From Flavobacteriales bacterium (lineage in GTDB: Bacteria > Bacteroidota > Bacteroidia > Flavobacteriales_F > PHOS-HE28), in contig JAGQVR010000002.1 of the NCBI GenBank assembly GCA_020437875.1, positions 1 to 50,136 on the forward strand: a stretch of DNA of 50,136 nucleotides, read 5' to 3'. Under the pieces are notes generated by a model that did not search any database, had not been told where the DNA came from, and saw nothing but the letters and a program-made list of their open reading frames with translations. A program made the position numbers and the translations under genes. Of this stretch, positions 43,086-50,136 are shown in pieces (positions within the stretch are counted from its first letter, which is position 1; every line of letters begins with the position of its first letter).

Positions 43086-44009
43086 TCACCGATCGGCCCT
43101 GCCCACGAGGTAGACACCGGCGAAGATGCACAGCGCACATATCGCCTGCACGATCCCGATATCCGTGGAATAACTTCCAGGAATGCCCAACCGCTCGGGT
43201 CCGATCCACACGAAGAGCCATGTGAACGCCGCCGCCAGCACGGGTTGCATGTAGATATAGGCCCCCACCACGGTCGGGTTCACATAGGCCATGGCCCAGG
43301 TGTTCATCAGGTAGGAAACGAAAGTGACCATCACCACCACGAAGGCCAGGGCCGTGATGTGCGCAGCGGACAGCGCATGCCACCGCACCTCACCGAGCTC
43401 CCGCCAGCCGAACGGGAGCACCAGAACGACCCCGAAGAGGAAGGACCAGGCCATGATGGTGACCGCGCTGTACTTCCTCATGAGCGGTTTCACGAGCACC
43501 AGGAACAGACCATAGGCCGTGGCATTGACCAGTATGAACAGATCCCCCAGGGCGGATGGACCTGCGGTCGTACTCGAAGGCTTCACCACTACCAGCACGA
43601 GCGCACCGGCGGCACCTAGGAGCACCCCCAAGGCCTTCGTCCAGGTGATACGCTCCTTCAACAGGACGCCGGCGAGCACCAGCACGAGGATCGGTGTGGC
43701 CACCATGATGATGCTCGCGTTGAGCGGTGTCGTGCGCATGAGGCCATGGAAGAACATGAGCTGGTTGAGCGCTACGCCGGTGATGGCGCACAGCAGAAGG
43801 CGGCCCAGGTCGCCTGGTGCCACCCGTTCCGGCCGGATGGCACGGAGCAGCCAGAACAAGGTGCCCGCCCCCAGCACACGGAGCAGGATGAAACCCGACG
43901 GCCCGATCACCACCGGCATGAGGCCCTTGGCCACGACGTAGTTGACGCCGTAGATGAAGTTGACCGTGAAGAGCGCGAGGTGCGCCCACGCTTGGCGGGA
44001 AGCGGGCAT
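43086..44009 (-). CDS. DMT-superfamily (EamA-like) transporter
   Basis: 10 TM segments in two EamA repeats. I placed the start at MPASRQAWAHLALFTVNFIYG (44009). The longer ORF-track form overlaps the divergent PLP-enzyme gene. Confidence 0.8.
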   Translation of the reverse strand: MPASRQAWAHLALFTVNFIYGVNYVVAKGLMPVVIGPSGFILLRVLGAGTLFWLLRAIRPERVAPGDLGRLLLCAITGVALNQLMFFHGLMRTTPLNASIIMVATPILVLVLAGVLLKERITWTKALGVLLGAAGALVLVVVKPSSTTAGPSALGDLFILVNATAYGLFLVLVKPLMRKYSAVTIMAWSFLFGVVLVLPFGWRELGEVRWHALSAAHITALAFVVVMVTFVSYLMNTWAMAYVNPTVVGAYIYMQPVLAAAFTWLFVWIGPERLGIPGSYSTDIGIVQAICALCIFAGVYLVGRADR

Positions 44010-44016
44010 CAGGGCG

Positions 44017-44061
44017 CGAAAATACGCGGGGCGGACCGGGCACGTCGAGGGTCCTACCTTC
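44017..44061. promoter_or_regulatory. Divergent candidate -7 boxes for the EamA gene (minus, TATTTTCG, 44017..44024) and the PLP enzyme gene (plus, TACCTTCG, 44054..44061)
   Basis: Both fit TAnnTTCG. Spacers to the ATGs are 7 nt (44009) and 12 nt (44074). Confidence 0.4.
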
Positions 44062-44073
44062 GCCGCCGCCAAC

Positions 44074-45225
44074 ATGAAGAGAACGATGAGATTCGGCACC
44101 AAAGCCATCCACGCCGGCGTGGAACCGGACCCTGCCACCGGGGCCATCATGACGCCCATCTACCAGACGAGCACCTACGTGCAAGCCGCCCCGGGCGACC
44201 ACAAGGGCTACGAATACAGCAGGACCCACAACCCCACACGTACAGCGCTCCAGAACGCGTTGGCCGCATTGGAGAACGGCAGGCATGGGCTCTGCTTCGC
44301 CACGGGCATGGCCAGCATCGATGCGGTGATCAAATTGTTGAAGCCGGGTGATGAGGTGGTGAGCACCAACGACCTCTACGGTGGCACCTACCGACTTTTC
44401 ACCAAGATCTTCGAAGGTTTCGGCGTGAAGTTCCACTTCGTGGATATGAGCGATCTGCGCAAGGTGGAGGAGAAGGTGAACAAGAACACCAGGCTCATCT
44501 GGGCGGAGACACCGACCAATCCACTGTTACGGATCCTGGACATCGCCGGGCTGGCGGCCATCGCGAAGAAGCAGGGGTGCATCCTGGGGGTGGACAACAC
44601 CTTCGCCACGCCCTACCTCCAGAATCCGTTGGACCTGGGGGCTGACCTGGTGATGCACAGCGTGACCAAGTACCTCGGCGGCCACAGTGACGTGGTGATG
44701 GGCGCCTTGATCGTGAAGGATGATGAGCTGGCCGAACGGCTGGCCTTCATCCAGAACAGCAGTGGCGCCACCCCCGGTCCGCAGGACTGCTTCCTGGTTT
44801 TGCGTGGATTGAAGACGCTTCATCTGCGGATGCAGCGCCATTGCGAGAACGGCGAGGCCATCGCCCATTGGCTGGTCAAGCATCCCAAGGTGGACAAGGT
44901 GTACTGGCCGGGCTTGCCGACGCATGTGAACCACGCGGTGGCGGCCAGGCAGATGCGCGGCTTCGGCGGCATGATCAGCTTCACCCTGAAGGGCGATGAC
45001 ATGGCCGATGCGACCCGTGTCCTGAGCAGCACCAAGCTGTTCACCCTGGCCGAGTCACTCGGCGGTGTGGAATCGCTGCTCGGCCATCCGGCGAGCATGA
45101 CACATGCGAGCATCCCCCGTGAGGAACGCCTGGCCAATGGCCTGGCGGACACCCTGATCCGCTTGAGCGTCGGCGTGGAGGACGTCCAGGACCTGATCGA
45201 CGACCTCGATCAAGCCCTCAAGTGA
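44074..45225 (+). CDS. Cys/Met-metabolism PLP-dependent enzyme (cystathionine beta-lyase / gamma-synthase family)
   Basis: 383 aa from MKRTMRFGTKAIHAG. Motifs are YSRTHNPTR, DNTFATPY and the PLP-lysine HSVTKYLGGHSD. The exact specificity cannot be told from the sequence alone. Confidence 0.88.
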   Translation: MKRTMRFGTKAIHAGVEPDPATGAIMTPIYQTSTYVQAAPGDHKGYEYSRTHNPTRTALQNALAALENGRHGLCFATGMASIDAVIKLLKPGDEVVSTNDLYGGTYRLFTKIFEGFGVKFHFVDMSDLRKVEEKVNKNTRLIWAETPTNPLLRILDIAGLAAIAKKQGCILGVDNTFATPYLQNPLDLGADLVMHSVTKYLGGHSDVVMGALIVKDDELAERLAFIQNSSGATPGPQDCFLVLRGLKTLHLRMQRHCENGEAIAHWLVKHPKVDKVYWPGLPTHVNHAVAARQMRGFGGMISFTLKGDDMADATRVLSSTKLFTLAESLGGVESLLGHPASMTHASIPREERLANGLADTLIRLSVGVEDVQDLIDDLDQALK

Positions 45226-45516
45226 GGGTCTGAATGGCCGCGACCGAAGGGTCAGGATCCCACGAGTGCGCCGTACCGGAGCGGAGGTCCGTTCTTGGGG
45301 AACGGTCGATGATCCGGCGGGAATGGTCTTTCAGCGGGTGAATTCGCCGTTCCGACCGGTCGCAGCCCTTGCCTGGGAGGCTGATCCGGTGACCGGACCA
45401 TCCCCTTGGGAACCCGGATCCTTCGGGCTGGATGGCGGGCATCGGGTCGGACGGTGCCCCCCGTACTCCGTATTTTTACGCCGACGGTGCAACTGTGTAC
45501 CGACCCTTTCCCCACC

Positions 45517-47589
45517 ATGACCCGATCGCTTTTATTCCTGGCCCTTGCGCTGCCGATGAGTGAGCTTGCCGCCCAGGAGTCGTTCCATTGCGGAAATGAC
45601 GAGAACCACCGCATCGGTGCGGCCATTGCGCGGGCATCCGATTTCCCCGCACGAGTGGCACAGCGTACGGAGGAGTTGGAGGCCTTCACCCGTTCGTTCG
45701 AGGACGCGGGAGAGCGCGGTGGAGGTGGATATGTGATCCCGGTCGTCTTCCACATCATCCACAACAACGGGCCCGAGAACATCACCGATGCCCAGATCCA
45801 CGATGCCGTGCGCATCCTGAACGATGATTTCAACCGCCTCAATGCGGATTGGGACAACGTCCGGCCGCAGTTCCAGGACATCGTGGCCGACATCGGCATC
45901 GAATTCCGACTGGCCACCAAGGATCCGCAGGGCAATTGCACGAATGGGATCACACGGACCGTATCCACGCTGACCAATGCGGGTGACGACCAGATGAAGG
46001 CGTTGATCTCCTGGCCGCGTAACCGCTACATGCAGGTCTGGGTGGCTGCTTCTGCCGATGGCGCTGCCGGTTACACCTTCCGGCCCGGGACCGCTGACTG
46101 GATCCCCGATGAGGATGGGATCGTGATGCAGCATACCTATGTTGGTGCGATCGGCACCTCCTCCACCGGTCGTTCCCGTGCCCTGACCCATGAGGTGGGC
46201 CATTGGCTGAACCTGGCGCACACCTGGGGCAACAGCAATGAACCGGGCGTGGATTCCAATTGTGGCATGGATGACGGGGTATCGGACACGCCGAACACCC
46301 GTGGTTGGACGAGTTGCACCTTGAGCGGGGCCAGTTGCGGGTCCACCCTGGACAATGTGGAGAACTACATGGAGTACTCGTACTGCTCCAAGATGTTCAC
46401 CGAGGGGCAGAAGACGCGCATGATCGCCGCACTGAACTCGAACACCGCCCAGCGGAACCAGTTGTGGCAGACGAGCACCTTGATCAACTCAGGGGTGAAT
46501 GGGAATGCGACGTTGTGCGCGGCAAGGTTCTCGGTCAACCGACGCGAGATCTGCGCTGGCAGCTCAGTGGTATACACGGACGAGAGCTACCACAATGTCA
46601 GCTCGCGCACCTGGACCTTTCCGGGAGGTGAGCCGGCCACCAGCGACGCCGCGTCGGTGGTGGTCCACTATCCCAGCGGCGGCACCTATGCGGTGACCTT
46701 GACCGCCACGGATGGTGCCAGTCTGGTCTCCACCACGGAGCAGAACGTGATCACCGTGCTGGCCAACCCCGGCCAGGCACCACCGCTCACCGAGAGCTTC
46801 GAATCCGCTTCGCAGCCAGCGGACCTTGGATGGACCGTGGTGAACACCGATGGGGACAACGGATACACGATCACGAACACGGCGGCCTACACCGGAACGA
46901 AGAGCGTTCGGATCCTCAACAACACGAGCATGACCGGCCGCCTGGACCAGCTGGTGACCTCGACCTACGACATGAGCGAGGTGTCCGATATCATCCTGAG
47001 CTTCCGCTATGCCTATGCCCGCCGGACCATCATGAGCGCGGACCAGCTGCGGATCTTCGTGAGCAGCGATTGCGGTACCACCTGGAGTCTGCGTGGGCAG
47101 CTCTTCGGCACCAGCGACCTGAACACCGGAGGTATCGTCACCGGGAACTTCATTCCGAACGGTCCGGCCCAATGGGGCTACAAGGAGATCCTGACGATCA
47201 ACAACAGCTTCCAGGTGAGCAACATGCGGATCCGCTTCGACTTCTTCAGCGATGGTGGGAACAACCTCTACCTTGACGATATCAACTTGAACGGAACGCC
47301 GGTAAGTGTTGGACTGGTGGAGCTGGGTGATGGGACCTCCAATACCGTGGTCGTGCCGAATCCGACCACATCGAACGCTGACCTGTGGCTACGGATGGGA
47401 TCGGCCGATCGCGTGCGGCTCGACCTATTGGACGTGACCGGCCGGGTGCTTTCGACCTTCCATGATGGCATCCTGAGCGGGGGAGACCAGCGCATCGCGA
47501 TCCCGGTGGACGACCGCGCCAGCGGGATCTACCTGGTGCGCGTGACCAGCTCCACGGGCATCCGCACCGTTCAGGTGGTGAAGGAATAG
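45517..47589 (+). CDS. Secreted M43-family (pappalysin/cytophagalysin-like) zinc metalloprotease with PKD-like domain and T9SS C-terminal sorting domain
   Basis: 690 aa from MTRSLLFLALALPMSELAAQ. The zinc motif is HEVGHWLNLAHTWG. PKD-like and jelly-roll-like middle domains follow. The C-terminal ~80 aa (VVVPNPTTSNADLWL...GIYLVRVTSSTGIRTVQVVKE) form a T9SS type A CTD. Confidence 0.85.
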   Translation: MTRSLLFLALALPMSELAAQESFHCGNDENHRIGAAIARASDFPARVAQRTEELEAFTRSFEDAGERGGGGYVIPVVFHIIHNNGPENITDAQIHDAVRILNDDFNRLNADWDNVRPQFQDIVADIGIEFRLATKDPQGNCTNGITRTVSTLTNAGDDQMKALISWPRNRYMQVWVAASADGAAGYTFRPGTADWIPDEDGIVMQHTYVGAIGTSSTGRSRALTHEVGHWLNLAHTWGNSNEPGVDSNCGMDDGVSDTPNTRGWTSCTLSGASCGSTLDNVENYMEYSYCSKMFTEGQKTRMIAALNSNTAQRNQLWQTSTLINSGVNGNATLCAARFSVNRREICAGSSVVYTDESYHNVSSRTWTFPGGEPATSDAASVVVHYPSGGTYAVTLTATDGASLVSTTEQNVITVLANPGQAPPLTESFESASQPADLGWTVVNTDGDNGYTITNTAAYTGTKSVRILNNTSMTGRLDQLVTSTYDMSEVSDIILSFRYAYARRTIMSADQLRIFVSSDCGTTWSLRGQLFGTSDLNTGGIVTGNFIPNGPAQWGYKEILTINNSFQVSNMRIRFDFFSDGGNNLYLDDINLNGTPVSVGLVELGDGTSNTVVVPNPTTSNADLWLRMGSADRVRLDLLDVTGRVLSTFHDGILSGGDQRIAIPVDDRASGIYLVRVTSSTGIRTVQVVKE

Positions 47590-47607
47590 ACCGGCCACCA
47601 TCGTCTT

Positions 47608-47647
47608 GAACGAGCGAGCCCCGGGACTTCCCGGGGCTCGCTCGTTC
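47608..47647. terminator. Bidirectional terminator hairpin (perfect 18-bp stem)
   Basis: GAACGAGCGAGCCCCGGG-ACTT-CCCGGGGCTCGCTCGTTC lies between the convergent M43 protease gene and ORF 47663. Confidence 0.65.
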
Positions 47648-47662
47648 GGAATGCGCCGGGGA

Positions 47663-48103
47663 TCATTCCTTGAAGCCCACCATGATGGCTACGCAGCCCA
47701 CATGGACCATGGAAGAGGAACCCTTGTTGGGGACCCATACCACCACCTTCATCGGAACGGTGCTGCTGGCCTTCAGGTCGAAGAACTTCTTGGGTTCATC
47801 CGCAAGGCTCTCGAACACGATCTTGTTGTTCTCGTCCACGAGCTTCCAGTTCACCTCCCCGAGGATCGGGTGGGTGCACACCATCACACGGTATTCCTGA
47901 CCGCTGTAGAAGGTGAGGTTCACCTCGGCCTCCTCACCGGGGGCGAGCTGGGCGGCGTTGAAGGTCTCATTGAACTTGTACGGTGCGAGCTCGGGAACGC
48001 ACTTGTTCTTGGCGAAGCTCCGGCATTGGGCCGAGACGGTGAGGCCTCCTGCAACAGCGCATACCAGCAGGGCCGAACGAACGAACAGGCTTTGGGGTCG
48101 CAT
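47663..48103 (-). CDS. Secreted hypothetical protein (146 aa, Cys-containing)
   Basis: A signal peptide ends at VSAQ. There are four Cys residues. Likely beta-rich (NLTFYSGQEYRVMV, VVVWVPNKG). No family is recognised. Confidence 0.6.
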   Translation of the reverse strand: MRPQSLFVRSALLVCAVAGGLTVSAQCRSFAKNKCVPELAPYKFNETFNAAQLAPGEEAEVNLTFYSGQEYRVMVCTHPILGEVNWKLVDENNKIVFESLADEPKKFFDLKASSTVPMKVVVWVPNKGSSSMVHVGCVAIMVGFKE

Positions 48104-48111
48104 GTTACGGA

Positions 48112-49008
48112 TCAGTTGATGTAGGAATTGCGGATGGAGGCGGCCTTGTCACGGATGGCCGTGAGCTGGGCATCGGTGAGGGTGGCCGGCGGTTCGTTGC
48201 CACCGATGACCGTGACACCGTTCTCCTCGGTGGTCGTGGCGCCCGGTTCCGGTGTCTTGATCTCCTTGAACAATTCCTGCAGGGCGGCCAGGTCGCCTTT
48301 CACCCCGTCAAGCCTCGCGTCCTCGACGCCGTACGAACCAACGAGCGCCACCAGGTCATCGAGCGAGTGTTTCTGCTCCGCGATGCGACGTCGAAGGTCC
48401 GGGGAGTCGTTCGTGGTGGTCACCTGGGTGGCGACGTAGAGGCCTTCCACCCAGCCACCGGCGATCATCAGGGCGCTGATGTTATCGCGGCCGTTCTCCT
48501 TCAGGTAGGCATCCACATCCCAATAGGTCGTACTGATGATGTCCAGCAGGGCATCCCGGTCGTTCATCTTGGACTGCATAAGCTCCAGGGTGCTGTCGTT
48601 GAACGCGTTCGTCACACCGAGGCGGTCGGCCAGCTTGCGCGAGCAGGAGGTGTAGAACATGCTCTCCTGCGTATGGTTGAAGACACTGGCATAGCTCAGG
48701 TCCGCACCGTACACGCCCAGGTTCAGCGCCTGCTGGCTGGCAGCCGTGTACTTGTCGACGTTCTTCACGTCGTTGAGGATCTTGCTGTTGTACTGGGCAC
48801 CGGCCTTCTTCAACAGTGCCGCCGTCTCCATCGGTGACGGGATGTTGTAGAAGATCTTCTTCGTCTTGGCCATCCGTTCCTCCTTGGTGCTGTCCGTCGC
48901 CGCGTCAACGGTCAACTGGTCCTGCGCGGCAGGTTCGCTGCCACAGCCAGCAAGGGAAGCGGCCACCACGATAGTGGCCGGCCATAGGTACTTGCGCATC
49001 ACGCTCAT
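48112..49008 (-). CDS. Hypothetical lipoprotein (298 aa, predicted helical)
   Basis: The lipobox is AASLAGC. The rest is Ala/Leu/Asp-rich and probably helical. It ends 8 nt upstream of ORF 47663 and lies 48 nt downstream of polA on the same strand. Confidence 0.6.
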   Translation of the reverse strand: MSVMRKYLWPATIVVAASLAGCGSEPAAQDQLTVDAATDSTKEERMAKTKKIFYNIPSPMETAALLKKAGAQYNSKILNDVKNVDKYTAASQQALNLGVYGADLSYASVFNHTQESMFYTSCSRKLADRLGVTNAFNDSTLELMQSKMNDRDALLDIISTTYWDVDAYLKENGRDNISALMIAGGWVEGLYVATQVTTTNDSPDLRRRIAEQKHSLDDLVALVGSYGVEDARLDGVKGDLAALQELFKEIKTPEPGATTTEENGVTVIGGNEPPATLTDAQLTAIRDKAASIRNSYIN

Positions 49009-49056
49009 GGGTTGATGGAGAGTCGGCTGTAAAGGTCCCGATAGCGGGTGGGGTGA

Positions 49057-50136
49057 TCAGTGCGCCTCCAGCCAGTTTTTCCCCACGCCCATGTCAACAA
49101 CCAACGGCACCGCCAGTTCCATCGCGCCCTGCATGCGATCACGCACGAGACCCTTCAACTCATCCAGTTCCTCGTTGTGGGCATCGAACACGAGTTCGTC
49201 ATGCACCTGCAGCAACAGCTTGCTGCGCATGCCATTCCGGCGGAGATCACCATGCACGTTGACCATCGCCACCTTGATGATGTCCGCGGCCGTGCCCTGC
49301 ATGGGGGCATTGATGGCGATGCGTTCGGCCTGGGCGCGCACGGTGTTGTTCCCGCTCGTGATGTCCGGGAGGTAGCGGCGGCGGCCCATGAGGGTCTTGA
49401 TGTACCCATTGGTGCGGCAGAAGCCGATGGTCTCGTCCATGTAATTCCGGACTCCCGGGAACTGGGCGAAATAGTCATCGATGATCTGCTTGGCCTCGGC
49501 GCGTGGGATGCCGAGGGTCTGGCTCAGGCCGAAAGCACCCTGGCCATAGGCGATGCCGAAGTTCACCGCCTTTGCCCTGCTCCGCTGTTCGCGTGAGACC
49601 TCGGTGATGTCAACGCTGAAGACCTTTGCCGCCGTGGCCGCATGGATATCAAGCCCATGCCGGAACGCCTCCTGCATGTTCGCATCGCCGCTCATATGTG
49701 CGATGATGCGCAGCTCGATCTGTGAGTAGTCGGCGCTGAGCAGCTGATAATGCTCGTTCCGGGGTACGAAGGCCTTGCGGATCTCCCTTCCCTTCTCGGT
49801 GCGGATCGGGATGTTCTGGAGATTGGGGTCGTTGCTGGCGAGACGACCCGTAGCGGCCACCGTCTGCAGGTAACTGGTGTGCACCCGGTGCGTCCTTGGA
49901 TCGGCTGCTTCGGGCAGCGTGTCCACATAGGTGCCCTTCAACTTGCGGAGGCTGCGGTAGTCCAGGATCAGCGGGATCACCGGATGCGCGCTGCTCATGG
50001 ATTGCAGGATATCCTCGCTGGTCTGGTACTGCCCGGTCTTCGCCGTCTTCTTCACCTTGTCGCCACCGAGCTTGAGGGTCTCGAACAGGACATCGCCGAG
50101 CTGCTTTGGGCTGTCGATGTTGAAGGCCACCCCGGA
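49057..50136 (-). CDS. polA: DNA polymerase I, C-terminal polymerase-domain fragment (gene runs off the right edge)
   Basis: FNIDSPKQLGDVLFE, the motif A region LLSADYSQIELRIIAH, motif B RSRAKAVNFGIAYG and motif C LLLQVHDELVFD are all present. The frame stays open to the window end; the ORF-track 'M' is an internal GTG. Confidence 0.93.
   Translation of the reverse strand, partial: SGVAFNIDSPKQLGDVLFETLKLGGDKVKKTAKTGQYQTSEDILQSMSSAHPVIPLILDYRSLRKLKGTYVDTLPEAADPRTHRVHTSYLQTVAATGRLASNDPNLQNIPIRTEKGREIRKAFVPRNEHYQLLSADYSQIELRIIAHMSGDANMQEAFRHGLDIHAATAAKVFSVDITEVSREQRSRAKAVNFGIAYGQGAFGLSQTLGIPRAEAKQIIDDYFAQFPGVRNYMDETIGFCRTNGYIKTLMGRRRYLPDITSGNNTVRAQAERIAINAPMQGTAADIIKVAMVNVHGDLRRNGMRSKLLLQVHDELVFDAHNEELDELKGLVRDRMQGAMELAVPLVVDMGVGKNWLEAH

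Noticed and set aside
45226-45516. SRP (4.5S) RNA, 6S RNA, RNase P RNA or tmRNA might lie in the long intergenic region.
   Set aside because: I could not find the conserved GGAAGCAGCC-type SRP domain IV, the GAGGAAAGUCC RNase P motif or a tRNA-like tmRNA end by eye. I kept it only as a low-interest unexplained region.
32654-47647. The shared GCCCCGG...CCGGGGC cores in hairpins at 32654, 33780, 39677 and 47608 might be a dispersed REP/MITE-like repeat family.
   Set aside because: All four sit exactly at gene 3' ends, where intrinsic terminators are expected. Apart from the short GC core, their arms and loops are unrelated, so convergent terminator design is the simpler explanation.

Overview
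This is a gene-dense, high-GC (roughly 60% by eye) chromosomal segment that reads as core genome of a member of the Bacteroidota. Evidence for that placement: T9SS C-terminal sorting domains on an Omp28-like protein and an M43 protease, an HU-CCDC81/SPOR protein, a CarboxypepD_reg-type TonB-dependent receptor, no Shine-Dalgarno sequences, and recurrent TAnnTT(T/C)G boxes just upstream of start codons.

I call 54 protein-coding genes. Two are cut by the window edges (rpsB on the left, polA on the right) and one is a 45-aa ORF below the ORF-track cutoff. I also call one tRNA-Ser(GGA), five terminator-like hairpins and a set of candidate -7 promoter boxes.

Gene content is overwhelmingly housekeeping:
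- Translation: rplM-rpsI-rpsB, trpS, gatC, rbfA, hflX, tadA, dusB.
- Nucleotide metabolism: udk, gmk, nadD, ppk2.
- DNA: recJ, dprA, polA.
- Envelope: PBP1A, kdsB, a GT9 enzyme, a LolE-like permease, an MsbA-like ABC exporter and a PlsC-like acyltransferase.
- Amino-acid metabolism: kbl, gdhA, ansA and a Cys/Met PLP enzyme.

I see no CRISPR array, transposase, integrase, phage gene, restriction or defence gene, or biosynthetic cluster. I do not think the window holds a clear-cut novel multi-gene system.

Items most worth a second look:
1. tRNA-Ser is followed by two degenerate copies of its 3' end that keep a perfect 16-nt core.
2. An orphan, internally duplicated SiaB/DUF6272-like kinase-fold protein lies next to the ribosomal-protein operon.
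3. A His-bearing 4-TM protein, a monohaem cytochrome c and hflX are joined by ATGA overlaps.
4. Mirror-image promoter boxes in divergent intergenic regions sit so close to start codons that the mRNAs would be nearly leaderless.
5. A PEGA-lipoprotein serine protease is translationally coupled to a small beta-barrel protein.
6. Two small coding-looking ORFs lie in a lower-GC 730-nt gap.

All product names come from reading motifs in the translations. No database search was run.
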